Source of the DNA: Minisyncoccia bacterium
GTDB lineage: Bacteria; Patescibacteriota; Minisyncoccia; Phycocordibacterales; SBAW01
Reading direction: 5' to 3'
Length of the DNA: 64,000 bases
NCBI GenBank assembly: GCA_049997855.1
Contig: JBEKSG010000002.1
Span: 16,996 to 80,995, forward strand
Made by a program: the position numbers and the translations under genes. A model generated the notes under the pieces. That model made no database searches. It saw only the letters and a list, made by a program, of their open reading frames with translations, and was not told the DNA's origin. Below are positions 8,628 through 19,257 of the stretch, piece after piece. Every line of letters begins with the position of its first letter. Within the stretch, counting starts at the first letter, position 1.

Positions 8628-11600
8628 ATGATTAAAAGCATTACAAAGAAAGTGTCCGTCCGCGTCGCGGCCGGCGCTATCGGTTTTGCGATGGTCGTGT
8701 CTGGCTTTAGTGTTCTCGCCGCGCCGGCTTTTGCCGCAGGCCTCACTTCGGCTCAGATATCCTCCATCCTTTCGTTGCTGCAGTCTTTCGGGGCTGACCA
8801 AGGCACGATAAACAACGTCAATGCGGCGCTCAATGGCCAGGCGACAACCGGCACTACCGGTTCGACCACCGGCGGCGCGTGTCCGGCTCTCACCCGCGAC
8901 CTTTCGCAGGGTTCGACCGGTACTGACGTTCAGGCTCTCCAGCAGTTCCTCAACAGCAATGTAAACACGCAAGTGGCATCTGCTGGCGCAGGTTCTCCCG
9001 GCAATGAGTCGACCTACTTCGGCGCTCTCACCACCGCGGCAGTTGAAAAGTTCCAGTCGGCTAACGGCGTTTCTCCGGTAGCGGGCTATGTCGGACCTAT
9101 CACTCGCGCGGCTATCGCGGCAGTGTGCGGCAATATCACCGGCACTGGCACCGGCACCGGCACAGGAACCGGCACTGGCACTGGCGGCACCGGCACCGCA
9201 GCTGGCACTGCAGTAGTTTCGGCAGCAGCACAGCCGGCTAACACGATTGCTCCGTACAACGCAGCGCGTGTTCCGTTTACGGCTTTCACCATCACCGCCA
9301 ATGGCGCTCCGGTGACCATAAACAGCGTCAGCGTGGTACGCCAGGGTCCATCGCTTGATACCGACTTCGCAGGCGTCGTTCTCATCAACGCTTCAACCGG
9401 TGTCCAGATTGGCACTGCGCGCGTACTTGACGCCAACCACTCGGCAACCATCGGCTCTGCTATCACCATCCCAGCTGGTACCTCGCAGACCTTTTGGGTA
9501 GCAGGCAACGTCTCGGCTACTCCGGGTGCCGGTGATATCGCTTCGTTTGCAGTTACCGCAATCAACACTGCTTCAACCGTATCCGGCTCGCTCCCTATCG
9601 TCGGTGCAAGCAATACGTTTAACGCAACCTTGACTATCGGTACCGCAACCATCCAAGCATCTTCGTTTGATCCGAACTCGGCTTCATCCCAGCCTATAGG
9701 TACGACGGGCTACCGCTTTAGCGCCATCCGCATTCAGGCGGGTGCGGCTGAGGACACGACCTTCAAGTCAATCACGTGGTACAACTCCGGCTCGGCTTCC
9801 GGTCTCCAAAATATCGTAACGGTAGTTAACGGCACTTCGTATCCTACCGTAGTTGACTCGACCGGCCGCTACTACACCAGCGTCTTCCCCTCGGGCATCG
9901 TAATCCCGAAGGGTCAGTCGGTTGATGTGTACGTGCAGGGCGACTTGGGTAGCAACACGACGGCAAGCACGGTTGCCGAGTTTGACATTTACCGCAACAC
10001 CGATATCTACCTCACCGGCAACACCTATGGCTTTGGCATTACGCCGACCATTGGCTCGCTCGGTACCATCAGCACTGCTGCTACGCACGGCTCAAACTTT
10101 GCAGCATCACAAACTGGTAATCCGTTCTTCCAGGGCTCAACCGTTAGCGTAACTGCAGGCACGTTCTCGACCATCCAGAACGCAAGTTCGGTCGGCGCGC
10201 AGAACATCGCGGTTAATGTTACCGGTCAGCCTCTTGGCGGATTCCAGACCAACCTCACCGGCGAGTCTATACAGGCACAGTCAGTAATTGTGCACTTCAC
10301 CACAAGCGCTGTGATGTATCCAATGACCAACATCTCGCTTGTTGATGAAACAGGCAAAGTGGTTTCCGGTCCGTACAACGCAAAATGCGATGATACCGCC
10401 ACTGACGACGCTCCTACAGGTGCAGGGGCGACCACAGTCGCCACCACCGCATGCGTCGACCCGTATCAGTACGTGACCTTCTCCGGTGCTACCAACTTCC
10501 CAACCGGAACGCACACGTACACCATCCAGGGTCAGATTGCTTCGGAGACCGGCATCAATGGGTACACCATCATTGCCAGCACCAACCCGTCGGTTGATTG
10601 GACCAGTGTTACCGGCAACACGACCGGCAACTCCATCACTCCGTCGGTCACCACCTTCTCAATGAGCACGATGACCATCAAAGCGGCATCGCTTACGATT
10701 GCTAACGGCACTACGCCGACCAGCCAGCCAATCGTCGCCGGCGGTGCAAACATTCCGTTTGCCACTGTCCAGCTTGATGCATCGCAGTCGGGTGAAAATG
10801 TCCGCCTCTCGGCTATCCCGATGACGCTCACCACCGTTGGCGGCACCTTCGCCAACATCAGCGCTTGCCAGTTGTGGAACGGCACCACCGCTCTCAACAC
10901 CGGCACTCGCGTGGAAAACGGCAACACCTTCGTCAACAGCTCGGGTACTGCAAGTTCCTCTCCGGCGGCGGTTACCTTTAGCCTAGACAACTCGCTCACG
11001 ATTCCTAAGGGCACCGTGATGAGCCTCAGCCTTACCTGCAGCGTTTCTTCTTCGGAGCACGCGGGCAATACCTTCGTATGGGCAGTAGCCGCACCAACGG
11101 TTACTGGCGCAGTCTCGGGTAGCACGGTTACGCCGACCGTTGCAACCGGCGCCGGTCCGACGATGACCATCCAATCAGGCGCAACGCTCAACGCGTACAC
11201 CGACTCTTCTGCTCCGTCTTACACGGTAGCGGCAGGCGGCACAACCGGCGTTACGGCTAACGTCATCAGGTTCCGCGCAACAAATGAGGGAGTTAACCTC
11301 ACGAAGCTTGGGCTTAGTATGACCAACGCTTCGACAACCGCAAACGCAAATCAGGGGACGACGCTTGCATATGCTTCGTCTACTCCTCAGGATATTACGC
11401 AGGCGTACGTCTACGCAGGCAACAATATCTTGACAACTTCCGGCACGGCAGTAACGCCGGGTACGCTTCTCGGTACCGCTACCTTTACGGGTAATGCTAC
11501 CTTTGCTACCTCGTCGCTTACCACCGCTGTCCAGCTCCCCAACAACTTGGATGCGACCCTCGTTATCAAAGCTGACTTGGCTGCCATCGGCACGAGCCAG

Positions 11601-12371
11601 CCTGGCACTGACGGCGCTCTCATCCAGCTTGACTACCTCAACTCGCAGGGCACCGGCGCCCAGAGCGGCTCAACTATTTACGGTTCGTCTCTCACGGCAG
11701 GCACTGGCGTAGCGGGTATCCGCACCTTCCGCAGCTATCCGACCATTACGGCTGACACGTCTGTGACAAACAGCATCCTTAACGGCGATCTTATGCGCTT
11801 TAAGGTAACAGCCAATTCGTCCGGTTCTGTTGGGCTGTATAACTTCAACTTCACTGTTGCAACATCATCGGTGTTGCTTAGTAGCATAACGCTCTACGCG
11901 TACACTGACTCTGCCTACTCGCAGCCTATCTCAGGCCTCTCGAGCGGTCAGGTCAACGCTACGGCAAACACTACCTGTGCTGACACAACCAGTGTCTGCT
12001 CAGTGGCTATAAACCCAGCAAGCCCTATCGAAATCCCAGCCGGCTCGACGTACTACTTCTACCTGAAGGCAGCTACCGTCTCGCCGCAAGGTTCCGGCAG
12101 CACATACTCTGCTTCGACAGCGTTCTTGGGCGACTCAAGCTACAACGCGTTGTCGAGCACGACAGATCCGCTAGGCAAGGGTAACGGCGCATCGTATATC
12201 CCTGGTCCTAGCTATCCGCTCATGTCACAAAGGGCCAATGTTACCCCGGCTAACTTTACCTGGTCATCAAACGCTACCACTACGATTGGCGTAAATGACA
12301 ACGACTGGACAAACGGCTACGGTCTCCCTGGTCTTCCGTCAAGCGGCATCAGCGAAATCAGCCACAACTAA
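8628..12371 (+). CDS. large Thr/Ser/Gly-rich surface (S-layer-like) protein with peptidoglycan-binding-like domain
   Basis: Signal peptide ending AFA; L..GSTGTDVQALQQFLN...YFGALT.AAV.KFQ...G.VGPITRA; strong codon bias. Confidence 0.88.
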   Translation: MIKSITKKVSVRVAAGAIGFAMVVSGFSVLAAPAFAAGLTSAQISSILSLLQSFGADQGTINNVNAALNGQATTGTTGSTTGGACPALTRDLSQGSTGTDVQALQQFLNSNVNTQVASAGAGSPGNESTYFGALTTAAVEKFQSANGVSPVAGYVGPITRAAIAAVCGNITGTGTGTGTGTGTGTGGTGTAAGTAVVSAAAQPANTIAPYNAARVPFTAFTITANGAPVTINSVSVVRQGPSLDTDFAGVVLINASTGVQIGTARVLDANHSATIGSAITIPAGTSQTFWVAGNVSATPGAGDIASFAVTAINTASTVSGSLPIVGASNTFNATLTIGTATIQASSFDPNSASSQPIGTTGYRFSAIRIQAGAAEDTTFKSITWYNSGSASGLQNIVTVVNGTSYPTVVDSTGRYYTSVFPSGIVIPKGQSVDVYVQGDLGSNTTASTVAEFDIYRNTDIYLTGNTYGFGITPTIGSLGTISTAATHGSNFAASQTGNPFFQGSTVSVTAGTFSTIQNASSVGAQNIAVNVTGQPLGGFQTNLTGESIQAQSVIVHFTTSAVMYPMTNISLVDETGKVVSGPYNAKCDDTATDDAPTGAGATTVATTACVDPYQYVTFSGATNFPTGTHTYTIQGQIASETGINGYTIIASTNPSVDWTSVTGNTTGNSITPSVTTFSMSTMTIKAASLTIANGTTPTSQPIVAGGANIPFATVQLDASQSGENVRLSAIPMTLTTVGGTFANISACQLWNGTTALNTGTRVENGNTFVNSSGTASSSPAAVTFSLDNSLTIPKGTVMSLSLTCSVSSSEHAGNTFVWAVAAPTVTGAVSGSTVTPTVATGAGPTMTIQSGATLNAYTDSSAPSYTVAAGGTTGVTANVIRFRATNEGVNLTKLGLSMTNASTTANANQGTTLAYASSTPQDITQAYVYAGNNILTTSGTAVTPGTLLGTATFTGNATFATSSLTTAVQLPNNLDATLVIKADLAAIGTSQPGTDGALIQLDYLNSQGTGAQSGSTIYGSSLTAGTGVAGIRTFRSYPTITADTSVTNSILNGDLMRFKVTANSSGSVGLYNFNFTVATSSVLLSSITLYAYTDSAYSQPISGLSSGQVNATANTTCADTTSVCSVAINPASPIEIPAGSTYYFYLKAATVSPQGSGSTYSASTAFLGDSSYNALSSTTDPLGKGNGASYIPGPSYPLMSQRANVTPANFTWSSNATTTIGVNDNDWTNGYGLPGLPSSGISEISHN
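9138..9197 (+). repeat. hexamer tandem repeat encoding a (Thr-Gly)n linker
   Basis: ACCGGC/ACTGGC units. Confidence 0.85.
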
Positions 12372-12432
12372 CCTCTGGTCTCCTCGTCTCACGAGTCAGA
12401 TTGAGCTTAGACAAACAATCCTTAATGGATTC

Positions 12433-12463
12433 GCAAAAGCCCCCTCTCTTGAGGGGGCTTTTG
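12433..12463 (+). terminator. intrinsic terminator
   Basis: CAAAAGCCCCCTC-TCTT-GAGGGGGCTTTTG. Confidence 0.85.
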
Positions 12464-12511
12464 TATTGGGGAGCTTGTCTTGAGTTTTGTCGAAGGGTAC
12501 ACTGTATATAT

Positions 12512-13216
12512 ATGCAAAATAAAAATTTCCTCTGGCTCGGCATCGGCATTGTTGTGGCGATAGCATTGGCTGCCAGCTTCTTTTTTCTCGGTCCTCACTC
12601 GGCATTGGCTCCTACGCAAAACCCTTCAACCCAAACGGGGAGTACAACCGCTACATCACTTGGCAACGGAGTTTCGGTAGGCACCACCAATGGCAATGTA
12701 ACCGTCACCGAAATGCCGCTTTCCTCAGGTATCCAAGCGCCCAATCTTGATTATACAGTTGCATACTCAAGCAGCCTCCCGTCCGATGCTGTCTCCGCGC
12801 TTAAAACTCAGATAGCAACGCTCGCAAGCGAGCTTAAAAAAGATCCTTCTCAAAGCGATAACTGGCTCCAACTTGCTATCGACTATAAAATCGCGGGTGA
12901 CTACGATGCAGCCGCCGCGGTGTGGATATATCTCACCAAAGTTGCGCCGACAAGCTACATTGCCTATGGCGACTTGGGCGACCTCTACATGAACTTCCAA
13001 ATCAATTACCCTAAAGCGGAGGCTAATTATCTCCAAGCGATAGCATTAGATCCGCACGTCATCGACTACTATCGCGACCTCTACACGCTCTACACGAGCT
13101 TTTACAAAACCAACACCACTGCGGCGGCCGACATCGTAACTCAAGGTCTTAAAGCAAACCCCAACAATCCCGACCTTTTGAAGCTCCAATCGCAATTAAA
13201 AACTTCCCCCCACTAA
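12512..13216 (+). CDS. membrane-anchored TPR protein
   Basis: N-terminal TM; AYGDLGDLY...A.ANYLQAIALDP TPR-like repeats. Confidence 0.85.
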   Translation: MQNKNFLWLGIGIVVAIALAASFFFLGPHSALAPTQNPSTQTGSTTATSLGNGVSVGTTNGNVTVTEMPLSSGIQAPNLDYTVAYSSSLPSDAVSALKTQIATLASELKKDPSQSDNWLQLAIDYKIAGDYDAAAAVWIYLTKVAPTSYIAYGDLGDLYMNFQINYPKAEANYLQAIALDPHVIDYYRDLYTLYTSFYKTNTTAAADIVTQGLKANPNNPDLLKLQSQLKTSPH

Positions 13217-13239
13217 CTTCAAGGACCGTCCTTGAAGTT
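13215..13239. repeat. REP palindrome 5' of RAYT
   Basis: AACTTCAAGGAC-C-GTCCTTGAAGTT. Confidence 0.9.
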
Positions 13240-13265
13240 GTTGTGTGCGGTGGTATATTCGGCCG

Positions 13266-13949
13266 ATGCAGAGGCAGGTCGCACTCGTTGAAGAGGAAAC
13301 TTATCACCTCTATAATCGTGGCGCTCACAAGAGAGATATCTTCAATACTAAAGAGGATTACGCACGGTTTCTTGCTCTACTTCATCTCTCCAACAACACC
13401 GAGCCCATTCATATAAGTAAACTTCTCCTTACTCCCAAATATCAAGGACGGTCCTTGAGGTCGGTATTTGAGGAGGAACCCACGGACAAAGCACTTGTCG
13501 ATATTTTTGCGTATTGTCTAATGCCGAACCATTTTCATATCGTATTAAGACAAAAATGCGAGCAGGGTATTACTATTTTTATGAGGAGACTGCTCACCGG
13601 ATACTCGATGTATTTTAATACCAAATATGGACATAGTGGCACTATGTTCCAGGGGAGATTTAAAAGTAGTTACGTAGATTCTGAAGAATATTTTCGATAT
13701 ATCTTTGCATATGCGCATCTCAATCCGCTCGGTCTCTTTCAGGCGGATTGGAAAGAGTCGGGTATTAGAAACAAAGAAGGAGCACGCTCGTTTCTCAATA
13801 GATATCCTTACTCAAGTTTTATAGATTATCCAAAAAGTAATCGTCCTGAGGGTGCCATTCTTTCTCTTGCAGATGCCCCCGATTTTCTGAAAAACCAAAA
13901 CGATTTGGAAGATCTCCTCAGGTGGCAAGACTTCAAGGACGGTCCTTGA
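13266..13949 (+). mobile_element. REP-associated tyrosine transposase (RAYT, Y1 HUH family)
   Basis: YHLYNRG, AYCLMPNHFHI (HUH), G.MFQGRFKS, YAHLNP, YPYSS; flanked by palindromes. Confidence 0.9.
13442..13458. repeat. REP palindrome inside RAYT
   Basis: TCAAGGAC-G-GTCCTTGA, translated QGRSL. Confidence 0.85.
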
Positions 13950-13954
13950 AGTCT
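13928..13954. repeat. REP palindrome overlapping the RAYT stop codon
   Basis: AGACTTCAAGGAC-G-GTCCTTGAAGTCT. Confidence 0.9.
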
Positions 13955-13999
13955 CGAGGTTAGGAGTGGAAATTTGTGCTATATTATTTAAAACGGTTT

Positions 14000-15004
14000 A
14001 TGACTACGCACGGCATAGGATGGCGGGCAATTGCAACAGTAGTCATCATTGTGCTCGTCGCTTTTGCACTTGGCTGGTTTATCAAAGGTCGGCGGGACAA
14101 TGTGGTACAGCCGCAATCATTGCGGCTCAGCGGCTACACGTTTATCGACCCGCTTCTTGCGTGCAACATCAACAACTCCAATGCTTACGCACAAAACAAA
14201 CTATTGAGCCAAGAGTTGCAGAGTATTATCGACACTGCCAAAAACAACGGCACGATAAGCAAAGCGAGCGTCTACTTTGTTAATTTTAAAACCGGTGCAT
14301 GGGCAAACGTGTATGGCGACGAGCTGTTTTATCCCTCGAGCTTGGGCAAAATACCGCTCATGATTGCCTACTATCAAGAGTCCGAGAACGACCCGAGCAT
14401 TCTTACTCAAGAGTTGGCATATCCGGTTGGCAGTACTGACTTGAACCAGATGCAGGATATTGCGCCAGCTAAAGCTATCGTGCCCGGGCAGTCGTACACG
14501 GTGGAGCAGCTCATCGAGTACATGATTAAGTACTCCGACAACAACGCCACGGCTTTACTCGATGCCAATATCAATCAGGATACACTTGCCCGCGTATATG
14601 GCGACCTCGACATCCCTTCGGAAGATAATGTAAATATCGCCAATGCCGATTTTGTCACCGCGCACCAGGTTGCCACCATGTTCCGCGTGCTGTACAACGC
14701 AACCTATCTTTGGCGCAGCAACTCCGAAAAGGCTTTGCAATTGCTTAGTCAATCAAGCTTTACGCAAGGGCTTGTGGCGGGTGTCGCGAGCACTACGGTT
14801 GTTTCGCACAAGCTCGGTCTGGTAGGTATCGCTCCAAACGGAGTAACCACCGAGCACGAGCTACACGACTGCGGCATTGTCTACGCCAAAGTTCCGTATC
14901 TTATATGTGTGATGACACGAGGGGCAGGCTCGCTCCCAAATATGGAGAGTGTTATTGCGCAGCTCTCAAAGGCGGCATACCAGAGCGTGCAAAATAGCAA
15001 ATAA
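14000..15004 (+). CDS. class A beta-lactamase-like serine hydrolase
   Basis: SLGK (SxxK), YSDN, HKLG, HDCGIV; N-terminal TM. Confidence 0.85.
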   Translation: MTTHGIGWRAIATVVIIVLVAFALGWFIKGRRDNVVQPQSLRLSGYTFIDPLLACNINNSNAYAQNKLLSQELQSIIDTAKNNGTISKASVYFVNFKTGAWANVYGDELFYPSSLGKIPLMIAYYQESENDPSILTQELAYPVGSTDLNQMQDIAPAKAIVPGQSYTVEQLIEYMIKYSDNNATALLDANINQDTLARVYGDLDIPSEDNVNIANADFVTAHQVATMFRVLYNATYLWRSNSEKALQLLSQSSFTQGLVAGVASTTVVSHKLGLVGIAPNGVTTEHELHDCGIVYAKVPYLICVMTRGAGSLPNMESVIAQLSKAAYQSVQNSK

Positions 15005-15117
15005 AGCACAAGCCACTTATCCCCACCTCACCCTGGATATCCTTGGAAAAAGGCTATCATTAACATACATCCTCCGATTATTTTAATTAGGAGTGTTTTA
15101 TTTAATAAATATATATT

Positions 15118-16902
15118 ATGTTTTCAAACATTAATTTTGGTAGGACAGATATGCACTGTCTCGCGGTGCTCGCCTTGGGGGTAGTGATTGCTTCTTTGGT
15201 ACTTTCACTTGTGCTTTCTCCTCAAAAGGCATTTGCATCGACTCCTATACCCATTACCGGAGGGAGCATTCATATTCAGTCCGACAACATTGCCTCCTCC
15301 ACGCTCGCCAGCAGCACGAGCAAAATCGGCATTTATTTTAACACAGCTTCTCCTATTACCCTTTCTGCGGCGACTTCGACTATTAGGATCATGGGCGGGA
15401 GCTTAGCGTCAACCACCATCTCGCTTGTGGCGGGGACCACCTACACCTATGTCGCCACCACGACCCTTACCGCCGGACAAAATCCGTCTGACGGGCCGCT
15501 CACTTTTGCCATCTTTTTTGTGAGCAATGACTATGGCACCACAACAGCGTATGCGACCACCGACGGCTCCTCGGTTACACTGAGCAGTGTTAAGCCGCAC
15601 GTAGTCGGGCCGATAACGATCGTCTCCAATAACACCAACAACACTGCGCTCGCGAGTTCGACTAACGTGGTAACCCTCACCTTCCACACGGACGAAGCCA
15701 TCCAGGCGCCGACGGTAACCTTGGGTGCGCATGCGATTGTCGCAGTTACTTCAAATCCGACCGCGAGTACCACGTGGACGGCAACCGATTCATCGCTGAG
15801 CGGCGATTCACAGGGCGTGATTACGTTTAGCATCCCGGCGACCGACTTTTATGGCAATGCAACAACAACACCAGCAACGTGGACTACTAATGCTTCTTCG
15901 GTCACCTACGACTCAGTCGCTCCGACAGTAACACCGAGCACTATCACTTCAAACAATACCAATACCGCACTCGCAAAGTCGGGCAATACTGTGGTTCTCC
16001 ACTTTACCTCCAACGAAGCGATACTGGCGCCGACTGTTACGATAGGAGCACACACTGGCATTACTGCAGTTGATGTAAGTGCGAGTACCACGTGGACCGC
16101 GACCGCAGCGATAGATGCCACAGACTCGGATGGCACGCTTACTTTTAGCATCGCGACGCCGCACGATATGGCCGGCAATGCCACCACCTCGGCATCATGG
16201 CTCTCTAGTACTGGTGTCCGCGTTGATGAGACAGCACCAACCATCACACTCCTTGGGTCCAGCCCTGTTAACATGTATCAAAATGCAACCTATAGCGACG
16301 CCGGGGCGACTGCATCAGATAGCTATGATGGCGATATTACTTCCTCTATTGTTACAACCAACCCGGTTAATGTAGCAACACCCGGCACCTATACGGTAAC
16401 GTATAACGTGTCGGATGCCGCCGGCAATGCAGCAACGCAGGTAACTCGTACTGTCATTGTCAACGGTGCCGGCGGTGGAGTTTCTGGCGGCGGCCCGCTT
16501 TCTGTTGGCTATGTAAACAGCGGAGGTGGCGGCGGCTGGACCTATCAGCCGGCGACTATCCCAACTGATTCCACGGGAGGAATTTCGACAGGTGTCGCGT
16601 CTTCTGGTTCGCATAGATTTGCTGCTCTTACGCTTGCATTAAAACGAGGAATGAAAAACGGTACTGCAGTGCAAGTGCTTCAAGAGATGCTCAATCAGGA
16701 TCCTTCAACTCAAGTAACCGCTACAGGGCCGGGCTCGCTCGGTAACGAGACAACTTTCTTCGGTGCAATGACCGAGGCTGCTGTCCAAAAGTTTCAAGCA
16801 AAATATGGCATCGTGTCATCGGGTACACCTGCAACAACCGGCTATGGAGCTGTTGGCCCAAAAACACGCGCAAAGCTCAATGCACTGTACGGCCAACAGT
16901 AG
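15118..16902 (+). CDS. secreted Ig-like repeat protein with C-terminal peptidoglycan-binding-like domain
   Basis: Signal peptide; two internal repeats (SNNTN.ALA); DUF5011-like [32 protein letters not shown]; [23 protein letters not shown]. Confidence 0.85.
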   Translation: MFSNINFGRTDMHCLAVLALGVVIASLVLSLVLSPQKAFASTPIPITGGSIHIQSDNIASSTLASSTSKIGIYFNTASPITLSAATSTIRIMGGSLASTTISLVAGTTYTYVATTTLTAGQNPSDGPLTFAIFFVSNDYGTTTAYATTDGSSVTLSSVKPHVVGPITIVSNNTNNTALASSTNVVTLTFHTDEAIQAPTVTLGAHAIVAVTSNPTASTTWTATDSSLSGDSQGVITFSIPATDFYGNATTTPATWTTNASSVTYDSVAPTVTPSTITSNNTNTALAKSGNTVVLHFTSNEAILAPTVTIGAHTGITAVDVSASTTWTATAAIDATDSDGTLTFSIATPHDMAGNATTSASWLSSTGVRVDETAPTITLLGSSPVNMYQNATYSDAGATASDSYDGDITSSIVTTNPVNVATPGTYTVTYNVSDAAGNAATQVTRTVIVNGAGGGVSGGGPLSVGYVNSGGGGGWTYQPATIPTDSTGGISTGVASSGSHRFAALTLALKRGMKNGTAVQVLQEMLNQDPSTQVTATGPGSLGNETTFFGAMTEAAVQKFQAKYGIVSSGTPATTGYGAVGPKTRAKLNALYGQQ

Positions 16903-16999
16903 CTCTATATACTTCGTAGGCATTGTGTAGTAAGCTGGTAAGCAGTCTAATGGAGACTAAGAAACGGGGTCGGGTTTCTCACGCAAAATAAATAACACT

Positions 17000-17200
17000 A
17001 TGACAGGCACCATCAAAACCTTGGTTAAGGATAGGGGATACGGATTTATCTCCCGCGAAGGCGAGACAAAGGATCTCTTTTTCCACTCCAAGGACCTCAA
17101 CGGCGTAATGTTCGATGATCTCAAAGAGGGCGACACGCTCCACTTTGAGGTTGCGGAAGGCCCAAAAGGTCTAAGCGCAGTAAACGTTACACGCGCGTAA
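17000..17200 (+). CDS. cold-shock protein
   Basis: RGYGFI (RNP1), DLFFH (RNP2), GPKG..AVNV. Confidence 0.95.
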   Translation: MTGTIKTLVKDRGYGFISREGETKDLFFHSKDLNGVMFDDLKEGDTLHFEVAEGPKGLSAVNVTRA

Positions 17201-17215
17201 ATCCGCGCCCGTATA

Positions 17216-17260
17216 CAAAAACGCCCCTCGCGACCACGCTGGCACGAAGGGGCGTTTTTG
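17216..17260 (+). terminator. intrinsic terminator
   Basis: CAAAAACGCCCC...GGGGCGTTTTTG. Confidence 0.75.
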
Positions 17261-17282
17261 CGTATGATGATAAGTGCGACCC

Positions 17283-17429
17283 ATGGACAGGTTTTTTACT
17301 AAAACTTTTTTTAAATTCTTTTTTGCCTTTCTTGTCATCATTGGCGCGGCGTTTGGCGTGTTGCTCTATGCTGCGTCACAAGAGTCGCCCCAGGTGAGCC
17401 CTGTTGACAATGTAGCTCTGCCGCAGTAA
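17283..17429 (+). CDS. 48-aa single-TM protein not in the ORF track
   Basis: MDRFFTKTFFKFFFAFLVIIGAAFGVLLYAASQESPQVSPVDNVALPQ; TATGAT upstream. Confidence 0.6.
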   Translation: MDRFFTKTFFKFFFAFLVIIGAAFGVLLYAASQESPQVSPVDNVALPQ

Positions 17430-17440
17430 GGTCAACGCAT

Positions 17441-17560
17441 AGGGTCAGAGACAGCGGGCTTCTCCGGTTTATAAACTATGGAGATTTAATGCCAAAAGGC
17501 GCCTGCCGAGACGGTCGAACTCAAGCCCGAGCGGAATCCTAGTCCGCGAGCCCTGTTAAA
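17441..17560 (+). promoter_or_regulatory. ribosomal protein L10 leader
   Basis: GAGACAGCGGGC...GCCTGCCGAGAC kink-turn-like motif upstream of rplJ; TTGACA-17-TAAGGT at 17404-17432. Confidence 0.75.
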
Positions 17561-17621
17561 TCCGCTTTGCGGAATATTTAACAGGGCCAAGATTTCTAAT
17601 CACTAGACGTTTAAGAAATCT

Positions 17622-18122
17622 ATGGCAATTACACGACAAAAAAAAGAGGAAGTAGTGGCAAAAGTTGAGGGCATTGCAACGCAATCCTCGACCATCGTGT
17701 TTGCGCATGTGACAAAACTCGGTGTTGCTGAGCAAAACGAAATGCGGAGAGCTTTGCGCGCACAAAATGTGGGGTACACCATTGCCAAAAAAACCCTGCT
17801 CAATCTCGGCCTCTCCAAGGCAAAGTTTGGGGGAGCCGAGCCAAAACTCGAGGGCGAGATAGCAATAGCGTACGGCCTGCCTGCGCAGGCAGGCGCCGAC
17901 GAACTGGCGCCGGCGCGCGAGATGGCAGTCTTTATCAAAAAGTATCCCGAGCAGCTTTCCTTCGCAGGAGGCGTATTTGGCGGCGCGTTTGTCGACAGGG
18001 CACGCATTACCTCTATCGCATCGATACCGGGCATGCAAGCGCTGCGCGCGCAGTTTGTACAGCTTATTAATAGCCCTTTGCAGCGGTTTGCCGTTGTACT
18101 CAACGCAAAAGCTGAAAAATAA
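17622..18122 (+). CDS. rplJ: 50S ribosomal protein L10
   Basis: MAITRQKKEE, KKTLL, IASIP..LRAQFVQLINSPL; precedes rplL. Confidence 0.95.
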   Translation: MAITRQKKEEVVAKVEGIATQSSTIVFAHVTKLGVAEQNEMRRALRAQNVGYTIAKKTLLNLGLSKAKFGGAEPKLEGEIAIAYGLPAQAGADELAPAREMAVFIKKYPEQLSFAGGVFGGAFVDRARITSIASIPGMQALRAQFVQLINSPLQRFAVVLNAKAEK

Positions 18123-18141
18123 AATATTAAATTAAAATTAT

Positions 18142-18555
18142 ATGGCAGACGAAACAGAAGTAAAAGACCTGCCTGCGCAGGCAGGGACTCCGGCAAAATT
18201 TAAGGCACTTATCGACTCGGTCGAAAAGATGACCGTGCTCGAGCTCCATGAGCTCGTCAAAGCGCTCGAGAATCACTGGGGCGTATCGGCGGCGGCCGTT
18301 GCGGTTGCGGCTCCAGCAGCGGCAGGCGAGGCAGCGGAGGAAAAGTCGAGCTTTAATGCTCATCTCACCGATGCCGGCGCAGCCAAAGTGCAGGTCATCA
18401 AGGCGGTTAAAGACGCGCTTGGTCTCGGTCTCAAAGAGGCAAAGGATCTCGTTGATGCGGTACCAACCGTGCTCAAAGAAGGGATGAAGAAGGAGGATGC
18501 TCAAAAGCTCAAAACGGCCGTTGAAGCAGCCGGCGGCAAAATCGAACTCAAGTAA
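18142..18555 (+). CDS. rplL: 50S ribosomal protein L7/L12
   Basis: [35 protein letters not shown]. Confidence 0.97.
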   Translation: MADETEVKDLPAQAGTPAKFKALIDSVEKMTVLELHELVKALENHWGVSAAAVAVAAPAAAGEAAEEKSSFNAHLTDAGAAKVQVIKAVKDALGLGLKEAKDLVDAVPTVLKEGMKKEDAQKLKTAVEAAGGKIELK

Positions 18556-18585
18556 CCTACATACATACGGAGGTTTAACCTTTGT

Positions 18586-18621
18586 AAGCAAAAACCCCGC
18601 ATTATGCGGGGTTTTTGCTTT
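18586..18621 (+). terminator. intrinsic terminator
   Basis: AAGCAAAAACCCCGC-ATTAT-GCGGGGTTTTTGCTT. Confidence 0.9.
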
Positions 18622-18678
18622 ACCACCTTTCCTCGACTAGAATATCCAGGTACCGGTTGATACGCTTACTGATACCGC

Positions 18679-19257
18679 ATGCCCGATATACTCTCAAAAC
18701 TTTTTGGAAGCCAAGGAAGGGTCAAACTGCTCCGTCTCTTTTTATGTAATCCTAGGCAGGTGTTTACCATTGCCGAGGCTGCAGCGCGCGCGCAAATAAA
18801 AGATAAAGAGTGCCGTCGCGAGTGTTCCATGTTTAGGCACATAAAACTCATCAAGCGCACAAAGCGCAATGGTATTGTCCGCTTGAGTCTTAATGCCGAT
18901 TTTAAATATGTAGCCGCTCTCCAAAATTTGTTGCTCAATGCACCGGAGTTGGGAATCGAGCTGTACAGCCGTGTGCGCCGTGCCGGCGCGCTCAAGCTCA
19001 TTGTAGTGTGCGGTGTGTTTGTGGGCGAGTGGGATGCGCCGCTCGATGCGCTTATCGTTGGTGACAGAATCAATGAGCGCATGTTGCGCAACAAAATCCG
19101 CAGGCTCGAAGCCGAGGTGGGCAAAGAGATACGCTACGCGCTTCTCTCTTCGGAAAATTTTTTGTACCGGCTTAATATAAACGACCATTTGGTTAAAGAC
19201 GTGTTCGATTATCAGCACCGCATCGTGTACGACCGGCTTAACATTGGCCTGAAGTAG
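18679..19257 (+). CDS. winged-HTH protein with nucleotidyltransferase-like C-terminus
   Basis: LFGS.GRVKLLRLFL.NP; G.F....LDALIVGD..LEAEVGKEIRY. Confidence 0.7.
   Translation: MPDILSKLFGSQGRVKLLRLFLCNPRQVFTIAEAAARAQIKDKECRRECSMFRHIKLIKRTKRNGIVRLSLNADFKYVAALQNLLLNAPELGIELYSRVRRAGALKLIVVCGVFVGEWDAPLDALIVGDRINERMLRNKIRRLEAEVGKEIRYALLSSENFLYRLNINDHLVKDVFDYQHRIVYDRLNIGLK

Noticed and set aside
13266-13949. IS200/IS605 element
   Set aside because: No TnpB, longer than a typical TnpA, and RAYT-type motifs with REP palindromes.
14000-15004. Antibiotic-resistance beta-lactamase
   Set aside because: Only fold motifs are visible and the protein is membrane-anchored. Activity cannot be inferred.
8520-16614. 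Long antisense ORFs under the surface-protein genes
   Set aside because: By-product of biased codon usage in Thr/Ala/Gly-rich genes.
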